A stretch of DNA of 64,000 bases. Origin: Candidatus Latescibacterota bacterium. GTDB taxonomy: Bacteria > Latescibacterota > UBA2968 > UBA8231. The stretch covers positions 928,001 to 992,000 of the forward strand of contig CBDCDC010000002.1 in the NCBI GenBank assembly GCA_965215195.1, written 5' to 3'. Position 1 is the first letter of the stretch; each line of letters begins with the position of its first letter. Both the position numbers and the translations under genes were made by a program. Under the pieces are notes generated by a model, which worked only from the letters and a program-made list of their open reading frames with translations, made no database searches and was not told where the DNA came from. Positions 27,556 to 36,752 of the stretch are shown here, in pieces.

Positions 27556-28107
27556 TTAGAACAGGTCTGCAAGCGGCATTTTCCACTTAGGCACCACAGC
27601 ACCGCCATCGAGCACATCGCCTGCGGTGAGAAGGCAAATATCGTCGGGGGCGCGGTACACCATTGCAGTGCGTTGGTCGGGGTCGATCACAACGACCATC
27701 TGCGTACCGGCCCGCAGCCAGTCGGACACTTTTTCTCGTAGCTCGCGGTCGCGGTCATTGGGCGAAACGACTTCAACGGCGAGGTCGGGGGCACCAGGGA
27801 AAAAACCTCGTTCTTCTGCGATAGCCTCAGCGCGTTCCCGCGACACAAAGCTGACGTCGGGCGCCCGGACCGTATCGGGTGCGGTGTCAAGGATGAAGCC
27901 GGTCTCGGCTGCATAGGTTTCGCCCAAGCCATTGGTTGCAACAAATGCTTCGAGATGGCTACCGATTTTTGCGGCAATGCGTCCGTGTCGTCTGCCGGCG
28001 GGTGACATCTGGCGCAATTCTCCTTGTACGAGTTCGTAGCAATAGCCATTGTGCGGCATCACCAGCAGCTCGTCGGCGGTCATCTGGGCAATCGTTTGTG
28101 ACGCCAT
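27556..28107 (-). CDS. Uma2-family endonuclease
   Basis: MTADELL..YELVQGEL..MSPAG..HG..ETGFIL..PDTVRAPDVSFV..APDLAVEVVSPND..K..WL.AG. Confidence 0.9.
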   Translation of the reverse strand: MASQTIAQMTADELLVMPHNGYCYELVQGELRQMSPAGRRHGRIAAKIGSHLEAFVATNGLGETYAAETGFILDTAPDTVRAPDVSFVSRERAEAIAEERGFFPGAPDLAVEVVSPNDRDRELREKVSDWLRAGTQMVVVIDPDQRTAMVYRAPDDICLLTAGDVLDGGAVVPKWKMPLADLF

Positions 28108-28206
28108 AATAGAACCTTTGCTATTGGGATTGGATCTGATACTAGCTGAACGCCCAACCCAAGTCAACTTTTTCCTCTAAGTACGCGACAGTAGGGCCTT
28201 AACCTC

Positions 28207-28233
28207 GGATCGAGGGCATCTTGCCCTCGATCC
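28207..28233. repeat. Perfect 12-bp stem hairpin (terminator/REP-like) downstream of the CoA-transferase
   Basis: GGATCGAGGGCA-TCT-TGCCCTCGATCC; no clear U-tract. Confidence 0.55.
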
Positions 28234-28315
28234 CGGACTCATCGCCCATCAACGACAAGTTATTGGTGTCGTGTGCTTAGCTTTTTCCTTAGGTCGCAGC
28301 GGAACGCCCCGCCCC

Positions 28316-29503
28316 TCATATTACGCCCTCGTCCCGCAACGCCCGCATATCCTCCTCGCGCAACCCCAACATCTCCCCCAAGACCTCCTCGGTGTGCTGC
28401 CCCAACAAGGGGGCTGGCCCGCGCAGCTCGACCGGCGTGGTGGAAAATCGCAGCGGCGAGTTAGCCACGGTCTGACGCCCCGCGACTGGGTGCTCCAGCT
28501 CGACGATCATCTCCCGCGCCGCCACCTGCTCGTCGCCAAAGACCTGCCTCACATCGCACAACGGCCCGCTCGGTACGCCGGCCGCAGCTAGTATGGCGCA
28601 CCATGCTGCAACGCTTTTCTCGGCCAGCACCCCCTCTAACATCGGCTCCAAGGCCGCGTGGTTTTCGGTGCGGAGCGCGTTGTTGGCAAAGCGCGGATCG
28701 TCAGCCAACGCGCCGAGGCCCAAGGCCGCGCAGAGCTGACGCCAGAGCCGGTCGTTGCCGGCGGCAATGACGATGTACCCGTCGCGGGCGGCAAAGAACT
28801 GGAAAGGGGTAATGGCCGGATGCCGCGACCCAAGCGGCCTAGGCACTTCGCCGGATACGGCATAGCGGGCGAGGGCGTTTTCCAGCAAGGCCACCTGACA
28901 GTCGAGCATGGAAATATCGACTTGCTGCCCCGCGCCCGTGCGCCGCGCCCGCGCTAAGGCCGCGAGGATGCCAATGGCCCCAAACAGAGCGGCACTCAAG
29001 TCGGCAATGGACGAGCCGACCCGCACCGGCGGACCGTGGGGCTGCCCGGTGATGCTGGCTAGCCCCCCCATCGCCTGAATGAGTACGTCGTATGCCGGCC
29101 GCTGTGCGTACGGGCCGGTCTGGCCAAAACCCGAAATCGACGCGTACACCAAGCGCGGATACAGCGTGTGCAAGGCCGCGTACCCCAACCCAAAGCGGTC
29201 CATGCTGCCGGGGCGAAAATTCTCAAGCAACACGTCGCACTCGCCGGCCAAACGCCGCGCCAAGTCTTGGCCCCGCGCCTGTCGCAAGTCGATCGTGGCG
29301 CTTTTCTTGCCGCGATTGACGCTGGCAAAGTACGCGCTCTCGCCGTTTTGGAACGGTCCAAACCCCCGCGCTTCGTCGCCCGTGCCCGGCAGCTCAACCT
29401 TGATCACTTCCGCGCCTAAATCGGCCAACACCATGGACGCGTACGGCCCGGCCAAAACCCGCGTCAAGTCGAGCACCCGCACGCCGGCCAGCAAGTGTTC
29501 CAT
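28316..29503 (-). CDS. CaiB/BaiF family III CoA-transferase
   Basis: LAGVRVLDLTRVLAGPY..LADLGAEVIKVE..NRGKKS..ENFRPG..YD..QAMGG..APLLGQHT. Confidence 0.93.
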   Translation of the reverse strand: MEHLLAGVRVLDLTRVLAGPYASMVLADLGAEVIKVELPGTGDEARGFGPFQNGESAYFASVNRGKKSATIDLRQARGQDLARRLAGECDVLLENFRPGSMDRFGLGYAALHTLYPRLVYASISGFGQTGPYAQRPAYDVLIQAMGGLASITGQPHGPPVRVGSSIADLSAALFGAIGILAALARARRTGAGQQVDISMLDCQVALLENALARYAVSGEVPRPLGSRHPAITPFQFFAARDGYIVIAAGNDRLWRQLCAALGLGALADDPRFANNALRTENHAALEPMLEGVLAEKSVAAWCAILAAAGVPSGPLCDVRQVFGDEQVAAREMIVELEHPVAGRQTVANSPLRFSTTPVELRGPAPLLGQHTEEVLGEMLGLREEDMRALRDEGVI

Positions 29504-29504
29504 C

Positions 29505-31217
29505 TCAACCTCCTTGGGGCGCGGCGAGCAAACCGGCCCCTTCGCCGGGCACGGCCACCGCTAGCGCCGGCTCATGGCCCAACTCGGCTCGCAATACATC
29601 GGCAAATGCGCCGCAGCGTTCCCCATCGACAAATGCACGGTGGACCAGCCCGCCGATATTGCCGCCCCAGCCAGCACCCAACCGCTGCACCGCCCCGGCC
29701 GTTGGTCCCTCAGCAGTGAGAAATTGATTGACCACCCGCACGATCCTATTGTAGGCCGGCGTCATCCGGCCGTAGCCCCCCGGCAAAAAGCGCAGTTGCG
29801 CGCGCGCTTCCCCGCGCTCGGCTCGCTCTACAAGCTGCGCCAAGACCTCGTCGGAAACCTCCCGATCCCAGTCGCCCTCGTGCGAGATGCGGATCAATTC
29901 CAAGGCCGTGGCCATATCGCCTACATTGAGGCAGGCGAGCATCCCGGCCACCCGGTCCTGCTCGGCTAACCCATACACACAGCGCCGGCGAATAAACAAG
30001 GGCGTGTCCTCGGTTAGGTGCTGAAATTTACCGGCGATCTCCCGCTGGTACATTTTCTCAAAGTGCGCTCCGACCCCGGCCGCCTGTGCTTGGGCCGCAA
30101 CCTGCGCCAAACTGGTCTTTTTGGGCATATAGCCCAAGACCCGGTACAGCCTCACAAGCGATAGCCCCAGCGGCCTTGGAACAATATCCCGGAGATAGCG
30201 GACGCGCTCGCGCACGGCGCGGCTTTTGCCCATTAGCCCCAGCAAAATAAATTCGCGGGCGATAAACGCCCCGAGCGGATAGGCAATGACCGTCTCTTCC
30301 TTGACGGCCTCGTCGTACGTGCGAGCAACGCCGCTGTCGAGCACGATGGCCGCGTACTCCTCGGGCAACGCGGCCTCGCCCTGCACCCGGGCCGGAAAGA
30401 CGCCGACGCCGACTAGCTTGCCCGCCCGGCCCAAAATCATCCCTCCGTGGTCGGCGGTGCCGCCGCGGGTGCCGCGCATCCACTCGGAAGTGCCCAGCCC
30501 ATCAACTAGGTCCGCTTGGGGCATATCGCGGTGCGGCACCAGCCCGTGAACCGCCAGCGCCGCCAGCGCCGTCGCCACGACCAGCGCCGAGGACGAGCTC
30601 ATGCCCCCGCTGGGCGAGACATTGCTCCACACCAGCCCGTCGAAGCCGCCCAAGGCCACGCGACCGCGGAAATAACTCTCCAAGTAAATGAGCTGCCCGG
30701 CGACCAGCACCGACCAATCGCCAGTCAAGGCCCGGCCCGTGCGCACTAGCCGCTGGCGGCAGACCCGACCGGCGTAGTCCATCAGGGCCTGCCGCTCGGC
30801 CACGCGGGCCTTCGGCAGGATTGCCTCCAAGTCGAGCTCAATCGGCGCGAAGCGATCGACCGGCGCGCCCGGACTGCGCAAGAAGCTGGCCAGCCGCACC
30901 CGCCGGCGCCCGGCCATCGCCCGCGCCACCACCAACGTATCCGCGCCGCGCACGGCCATCCGCACCGAGGGCATGCCTCCGTAGTCAATGTGCATACCCA
31001 TGACGTTCATCTGCCCAGGGCAGCGGGCCACGACCAAGCGGCCCTCACTGCCGTAGCGAGCGGCAAAGTGCCGCAGGGCCTCCAAGTAGTTGGCCCGCCA
31101 AGCCGCCACCTGCTCCGACCCGTAGAGCCGCCCGAACTCGCAGTCGAAGCCGCCCTGCTCAATCGCGGCCTGCCACTGGATTAGACTAGCTGTATAGGGA
31201 TTGTTAGAGCGCACCAT
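29505..31217 (-). CDS. GHMP-superfamily kinase (divergent galactokinase-like)
   Basis: RCPGQMNVMGMHIDYGG, PSGGMSSSSA ATP motif, RLGAGWGG. Confidence 0.75.
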   Translation of the reverse strand: MVRSNNPYTASLIQWQAAIEQGGFDCEFGRLYGSEQVAAWRANYLEALRHFAARYGSEGRLVVARCPGQMNVMGMHIDYGGMPSVRMAVRGADTLVVARAMAGRRRVRLASFLRSPGAPVDRFAPIELDLEAILPKARVAERQALMDYAGRVCRQRLVRTGRALTGDWSVLVAGQLIYLESYFRGRVALGGFDGLVWSNVSPSGGMSSSSALVVATALAALAVHGLVPHRDMPQADLVDGLGTSEWMRGTRGGTADHGGMILGRAGKLVGVGVFPARVQGEAALPEEYAAIVLDSGVARTYDEAVKEETVIAYPLGAFIAREFILLGLMGKSRAVRERVRYLRDIVPRPLGLSLVRLYRVLGYMPKKTSLAQVAAQAQAAGVGAHFEKMYQREIAGKFQHLTEDTPLFIRRRCVYGLAEQDRVAGMLACLNVGDMATALELIRISHEGDWDREVSDEVLAQLVERAERGEARAQLRFLPGGYGRMTPAYNRIVRVVNQFLTAEGPTAGAVQRLGAGWGGNIGGLVHRAFVDGERCGAFADVLRAELGHEPALAVAVPGEGAGLLAAPQGG

Positions 31218-33456
31218 CCACGCTCAGGGAAATGCGACGCAAGGGGCGTAAGGTGCGCTCGATCGTCGCATGGTAATACTGCAGCGCGTTGTCCATCCGC
31301 AGATTGAGCCGCAAAGGACCTAGCTGTTGGCTCAATTGCACGTCGAGCAAGTAAATGGGCACATAGTCGCGCCCGCACTCGGCAAAGAGGCCGGATACTC
31401 GTTCAAAACGGCTGAGATATTGGAAGTTTACCCGTCCGCTGGTGGGACCGCGCTCCCCCCAGAGGCCCAGATTGAGGACGTGGCGCGCCCGGTAGGGAAG
31501 CGGCGCTTGGTCCCCGTAGTCGCCGTGGCAATAAGGCGGCAGCACTTGGTGCGCATCGAGAAACTCTACCCCATCGACCAAGGTATAAGCCGCCCTAGCC
31601 CCCAAGCCCAGCGGCAGGGCGGCTTGGACCTCGCTCTCAAACCCGGCGACCCGCGCCCGCGCCAAGTTCAGGAAGCGCGCCACAGGCACAGATCCTCCGG
31701 CTTGGGGGTCTGGGCGGGCCTCAATCAGGCCGCGGTACTCGTTCCAAAACAGAGCCATATCCAAGGCCAACCACTTTGCCAACTCCTGTTTGACCCCTAC
31801 CTCGCCAGACCAAGCCCGCTCGGGATTCAAGGCCGGGTTGGGGCAGACTCGGAGCCCAGAGGCCTCGGCTTGGGAAAAGACCTCAAACACCGAAGGGACG
31901 CGAAAGCCCCGGCCGAGCGAAGCCCGCAGCGCGGTCGCCGCGGACCGCCGAAAGGAAAAGCCGACCTGAGGGCTAAATTCCCCGGTGCTTTTACTCCTGA
32001 CCGGCGGTGCCCCGCACGGCCCGTCCGTCAGCTCAGAGGCGGCCGAAAGCCGACTCCAGTCGTAGCGCAACCCGGTCGTCCACTCGGCCCGCGGACTGAT
32101 TTCATACACGCCTTGGGCGTAGCCAGAGACGGTCATCAGGGAGCGCACCCCGAGGAAATCGCCGGGCGAGCGCACTAAATCGGCCACTGAGGCCAGCCCC
32201 AGCGTCCAGTTCCAACCGCGCAACCCGGTGTAGTCGAACTGACCTTCGCCCGAAATTTTGTGCCCAATTGAAGCCAAGCCGCCAGCCGCCGCGTTGTTGA
32301 CAAAATCCGTGCGGTAATACCCCAGCTTGAGCCGGTAGCCCAAGTCGCTGTGTGCCAAGTGGTAGTACTCAGAGTTGAGGTGCAGCTTCCACGAGGTGGT
32401 ATGGGCTGGGGCGTCGGCTGCGGACACGGCCAGCGGCTGGCTGCGGTCGCGCCACTGGACGAAGACCCCGCGATCGTCCAGCGCCCAGTTGCCCATCACG
32501 CGCCAATAGCTCGTCGGCGAGAAGCGATGCACCGCTTTGGCGTAGAGGTGATAGCGGCGGCTATCGCCGTTTTGGTGATAGCCAGTGCCCCGATTGTGCC
32601 CCCCGCTCAGGGCCAAGCCGGTCCGGCCCCAGGCTCGGTTGTGGCTTACGTCTAATCCGACAAAGTGCATCGGGGACTCGCTCCAGCGCCACTGGCTATA
32701 CGCCGGCTGGCTATACAGCCCGCTGAGCAACCGAAAGCGGGTGCCCGGCGCACGCGCTGGATCGCGGGTCAGCACGTTGATTACCCCGCCCAAAGCCCCG
32801 GTGCCGTACAGGGCCGAGCCAGCCCCTTTGACCACCTCCACGCGCTCGACTTGCTGCAAGGGCACGGCATCCCACTTGATGTCGCCCAGATCGGACGACA
32901 GCAGCGGGAACCCATCCACCAGCATCAGCAGCCGACTGCCCGTGCCGCGACTGTAGCCGCTCGATCCGCGGACGACGGGCTGGTTCCCTACTTGGCTGAT
33001 GCCCGAGACATAGCGCAGAGGACCGGTCAGGGAGAAGGCGTTGTGATCGGCGATGCGCTCGGCATCGGCTACGGAGATGCTAATGGGGGCTTGGGCAAAG
33101 GTCTGGGAGCGGCGGGCAGCAGAGACGACTAGTTCGGGAACTTCGACGGCCGTAGGTTCGAGAGCGACGACGTGCTCCTCCTCCCCGGGTGCAACGCCGT
33201 GCAGGGTGTGCGAGCGATAGCCAATATGCGAACACAGCAGATCGTAGCGGCCGGGGGGCAAGCCCTCGATCCGGCAGTAGCCCTGTTCGTTGGCGTATCC
33301 CCCGAATTCCGTCCCCAACACCGCCAACGTCGCCCTCGGTAGCGGGGTTTGGTCGCTGGCGTCGCGGACGCGGACGACGATGTCAGCGGCCGAGCTCGGC
33401 CAACAGTTCAGCAGGCAAAGCGCGCTCGCACAAAGCAGTGCTAGGCTCGGTCTCAT
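31204..33456 (-). CDS. TonB-dependent receptor with N-terminal carboxypeptidase-regulatory-like domain
   Basis: Signal peptide, ELVVSAARR TonB box, VERVEVVKGAGSALYGTGALGGVINV plug motif, LNPE. Confidence 0.9.
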   Translation of the reverse strand: MRPSLALLCASALCLLNCWPSSAADIVVRVRDASDQTPLPRATLAVLGTEFGGYANEQGYCRIEGLPPGRYDLLCSHIGYRSHTLHGVAPGEEEHVVALEPTAVEVPELVVSAARRSQTFAQAPISISVADAERIADHNAFSLTGPLRYVSGISQVGNQPVVRGSSGYSRGTGSRLLMLVDGFPLLSSDLGDIKWDAVPLQQVERVEVVKGAGSALYGTGALGGVINVLTRDPARAPGTRFRLLSGLYSQPAYSQWRWSESPMHFVGLDVSHNRAWGRTGLALSGGHNRGTGYHQNGDSRRYHLYAKAVHRFSPTSYWRVMGNWALDDRGVFVQWRDRSQPLAVSAADAPAHTTSWKLHLNSEYYHLAHSDLGYRLKLGYYRTDFVNNAAAGGLASIGHKISGEGQFDYTGLRGWNWTLGLASVADLVRSPGDFLGVRSLMTVSGYAQGVYEISPRAEWTTGLRYDWSRLSAASELTDGPCGAPPVRSKSTGEFSPQVGFSFRRSAATALRASLGRGFRVPSVFEVFSQAEASGLRVCPNPALNPERAWSGEVGVKQELAKWLALDMALFWNEYRGLIEARPDPQAGGSVPVARFLNLARARVAGFESEVQAALPLGLGARAAYTLVDGVEFLDAHQVLPPYCHGDYGDQAPLPYRARHVLNLGLWGERGPTSGRVNFQYLSRFERVSGLFAECGRDYVPIYLLDVQLSQQLGPLRLNLRMDNALQYYHATIERTLRPLRRISLSVDGAL

Positions 33457-33895
33457 GGTCCAACACAGCGAAGTTGATCTCAATGTCGATATCGGTAGTG
33501 ACTTCTCCGGGCCCGACTTCCACCGGCGAGGGGCGGTCGGCCCCAGGTAGGTGATAGCAGCCCCAAAGCGAGGTAAGGTTCCAGAACTGGTCCTCCTCGC
33601 GCCAAGCCACGATAATCCACTGATATACGTCTTCCCCGTCTAAGGGAACGAAGTAGTTATAGAACTCGGCCCCGAGCGCGACCTCGGTATCCCAGCCGTT
33701 GATCCTAAGAAAATCGGCAACCGAAGCCGGGGCCTCGCGATAGACGGCCACGGCCACCTGCCCCACATTTGCGGGCCACTCGCCGACAAAGTGCAGCCGA
33801 CCGGCGATCCCGGCCTGCCCGCTGGCCTCGACCTCGAGACCGCGGTCGCAGCCCCAGCACAAGGCTAGGGCCGTGCTCAAACGCCAAAACGGCAC
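33383..33895 (-). CDS. Hypothetical lipoprotein
   Basis: LALCWGC lipobox-like motif; operonic with the receptor. Confidence 0.65.
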   Translation of the reverse strand: MPFWRLSTALALCWGCDRGLEVEASGQAGIAGRLHFVGEWPANVGQVAVAVYREAPASVADFLRINGWDTEVALGAEFYNYFVPLDGEDVYQWIIVAWREEDQFWNLTSLWGCYHLPGADRPSPVEVGPGEVTTDIDIEINFAVLDHETEPSTALCERALPAELLAELGR

Positions 33896-33901
33896 GGCCT
33901 A

Positions 33902-34423
33902 CTATCCAGCCGCCTCGGCCGCCGCAGCCGCCGCTTCGGCCGCGGCCGAGACTTCGGCCACGTCAAATTCTGCGCCGTCAATGGTTATCGTCCCGGTAGC
34001 AGACAAATCAGTGCCCTCAATCGCGAGCGCCATATCGAGCATTAGTTCGGCGTCCTGCGCGCCAGAAAGGAAAACCGTCCCGGTCAGCGGAATGGGCGTC
34101 TGGTCCAAGCCGACGGTCAAGGTGCCGTTGATTATCAACGCACCATCGGGCGAGAAGTCCTGCAACGTCCATTCAGGGCCGGCGATTTCCACCGAGCCGC
34201 CGCCCTCCCCTTCCACCGACGTCTGATCGACCAGCACGGCGAAGAACACAGTCGTAAAACTGGTGACCAGCGTACCGTATAAGGCTACGATTTCAGGCGT
34301 TATCTCGGCCAACGGTTCCGGCTCGGGCTCCACCGGCGTGGATTCGTCGTCGTCGCCACAAGCGGCCAGCACCAGAGCGCTGCACAGGAATAGGGTCGTG
34401 GTTTTATCCAGCCATTTGCGCAT
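33902..34423 (-). CDS. Hypothetical acidic lipoprotein
   Basis: AGGAG RBS; MRKWLD..LVLAACGDDD lipobox. Confidence 0.75.
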   Translation of the reverse strand: MRKWLDKTTTLFLCSALVLAACGDDDESTPVEPEPEPLAEITPEIVALYGTLVTSFTTVFFAVLVDQTSVEGEGGGSVEIAGPEWTLQDFSPDGALIINGTLTVGLDQTPIPLTGTVFLSGAQDAELMLDMALAIEGTDLSATGTITIDGAEFDVAEVSAAAEAAAAAAEAAG

Positions 34424-34493
34424 GATTGTATCTCCTAAAGGGATTAAGTGCGCCAAGCCGTGCCCGACGCACAGATTAAATAGGTTGCCCCGC

Positions 34494-35600
34494 TCAAGAG
34501 GCAATTTCGCGCCCCTGAACGTAGCGCACCAAAGCCTTTTCGTCCAGCGCACAACCCAAGCCCGGCTGCATGGGCGTGGGCACGTACCCATCGACAAACC
34601 GGATCGGCTCAACGATCAGGTCGTCCTCGCGGGTCCAGCTCCCCACAAAATCCGAGGCCATCGTGCAGTTGGGCGCGGCCGCGGCCGCGTGGATATACGC
34701 GGTATCGACAATGCCCAAGTCGTTGCCCGAGCCGTGCCAGCAGCGCAGACCCGCAGCCGCTGCTATGGCCGCATTCTTCTGAAAGCCCACGAGACTGCCG
34801 CCCAAGTTTAGGCAATCAACGACCTCGGCCTTGATGGCGCGGATGATGTCTGGGCCGCGCCCCAAGTGCATGGCCACCGGCAGGTCAATCGCCTCGTGGA
34901 TCTGGACGTAACCTTGCAAATCGGATTTGGGGATGGGATCCTCAAAAACCTCGACATTGCCCACCGCCGCAAGCTGCTGCGCCAGCTCAATGGTCTGCTC
35001 GGCCGTGTGGAAGCGCTCGTTGGGATCGACCGTAACCTTGAAATCCACTCCGCCCACCGCGCGCATGGCCTCCAGCCTTTCGACCATCGGCTCCTCGATC
35101 TTGCACTTGATCTTGACGCCTGTGAACCCGTGCTCAAGCGCCCGCTCGACCGCCCGCTTGCCGTCTTCCGGCGTCTGGTGCCCCATCCAGTAGTCGGCGC
35201 GCACCCGGTCGCGCACCGCACCGCCCAGCAACGCGTGTACCGGCACTTGGCGAGCCTTGCCCACCAAGTCAAAAACAGCCATCTCAAAGGCGTCATACGC
35301 CGGCCCGGCCCCCACCGTCGGCAATGCCTCGGTGCCGTCGTGGCGGGCGGCGAAAATATCCTGCAAGGTCAGTTGCTCGGGGTCTTTGCCCAGCAGCCGA
35401 GCCGCCCCTTCGCGGGCTTGTTCTATCGGCACACCGCGCCCGGTCTCGCCCAAGCCCACCAGCTCAGTATCCGTATTCAGGCGCACGATGTGCTTGGGCA
35501 CTTGGTCCCACCCAGTTTCGGCGACGCATTCCGGGCTGTGTACCCGCCCGGGGATCGTCGGCACCACTACGGTCCAAATATCGACAGACGTTATTTTCAT
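34494..35600 (-). CDS. Mandelate racemase/muconate-lactonizing enzyme family protein
   Basis: GLGET, EMAVFDLVGK..PVH.LLGG, KIK, VDPN, EDP. Confidence 0.88.
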   Translation of the reverse strand: MKITSVDIWTVVVPTIPGRVHSPECVAETGWDQVPKHIVRLNTDTELVGLGETGRGVPIEQAREGAARLLGKDPEQLTLQDIFAARHDGTEALPTVGAGPAYDAFEMAVFDLVGKARQVPVHALLGGAVRDRVRADYWMGHQTPEDGKRAVERALEHGFTGVKIKCKIEEPMVERLEAMRAVGGVDFKVTVDPNERFHTAEQTIELAQQLAAVGNVEVFEDPIPKSDLQGYVQIHEAIDLPVAMHLGRGPDIIRAIKAEVVDCLNLGGSLVGFQKNAAIAAAAGLRCWHGSGNDLGIVDTAYIHAAAAAPNCTMASDFVGSWTREDDLIVEPIRFVDGYVPTPMQPGLGCALDEKALVRYVQGREIAS

Positions 35601-35678
35601 ACTATGCCCCCTTGTGAATGCCGTTGGCCTATTTCAGGTAATGGGCTACGCACCCGAAAGCACCAATGCTCGCCATTT

Positions 35679-36743
35679 TTACGGTATAAAACTCGTCTTT
35701 TCATCGACGGTCAGCGCAAACTCCGCCAACAGCCGTGCGGCGTGGTCCAAGTCGGCCAAGGACGCGATCTCGACCGGCGTGTGCATGTAGCGCTGCGGTA
35801 CGCTGACCAAGCCAGTGGCCACCCCGGCCCGACTGAGCTGGATGGCGTTGGCGTCCGTGCCCGTGCCGCCTGGGTCGGCTTGGATCTGATGGGGAATTTT
35901 CTTCTTTTTCGCCACCTGCACCAGCCGCTCATGCACGACCGGGTTGGCGTTGGCCCCGCGCAAAATGACCGGGCCGCCGCCCAGCTTGCACTCTCCGACT
36001 TGGCGCTTGTCGATATCTGGATGGTCCGTTGCCCAAGTGACATCCACGGCAATGCCCACCAGCGGATCGACTCCGTACGCACTGGTCTTGGCACCGCGCA
36101 ACCCCACTTCCTCCTGTGCCGTAGCCACCGCATACACGGCCGCGTGGCACTTGCGCTTGGCGCGGCTCACTCGCCGCAGCGCCTCGGCCACCACCCAAGC
36201 ACCGGCCTTGTTGTCAATCCCCCGCGACACCACCAGCCCATTGCGCAGCTCCTCGAAGTTGGCGTCGTAGGTCACCGGGTCGCCGATGGCCACCAGTTGC
36301 CGGGCCTCGTCCGCGTCGGCTGCGCCGATGTCAATCCACAAGTCGTGTTTGTTCGGTACTTTGATCCGGTCCGCTTCCTTCATCAAGTGAATGGGCTTTT
36401 TGCCCAACACGCCCAAGACCGGCCCTTGCGCCGCGTGGATGCGCACCTTGCGGCCCGGCACGATCTGCAAGTCAAAGCCGCCGATGGTGTCAAAGTAGAG
36501 ATAGCCCTTGTCGTCGATGTAAACGATCTGGAAACCCAGTTCGTCGGCGTGCCCGGCGAACATGATCTTGGGGCGACCGGCCTCGTGGTAGCAGCCGATG
36601 GTATTGCCGTGGACATCAACTTCGACGCGGTCAGCGTACTTTTCTACCGCGGCCTTCCACACCGCCCGCACCGGTCCTTCATAACCCGAAGGGCCAGGGG
36701 CCTTGAGTAGATCGACGAGAAACCGCTTGGATGCTGGACGCAT
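35679..36743 (-). CDS. M42-family aminopeptidase
   Basis: PSGYE, AGHADELG, IDNKAG, QEEVG, AVDV, RYMHTPVE. Confidence 0.93.
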   Translation of the reverse strand: MRPASKRFLVDLLKAPGPSGYEGPVRAVWKAAVEKYADRVEVDVHGNTIGCYHEAGRPKIMFAGHADELGFQIVYIDDKGYLYFDTIGGFDLQIVPGRKVRIHAAQGPVLGVLGKKPIHLMKEADRIKVPNKHDLWIDIGAADADEARQLVAIGDPVTYDANFEELRNGLVVSRGIDNKAGAWVVAEALRRVSRAKRKCHAAVYAVATAQEEVGLRGAKTSAYGVDPLVGIAVDVTWATDHPDIDKRQVGECKLGGGPVILRGANANPVVHERLVQVAKKKKIPHQIQADPGGTGTDANAIQLSRAGVATGLVSVPQRYMHTPVEIASLADLDHAARLLAEFALTVDEKTSFIP

Positions 36744-36752
36744 AGAGTCTCC

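Noticed and set aside
34866-36710. 614-aa plus-strand ORF
   Set aside because: Antisense shadow of two clear minus-strand genes in high-GC DNA; no motifs.
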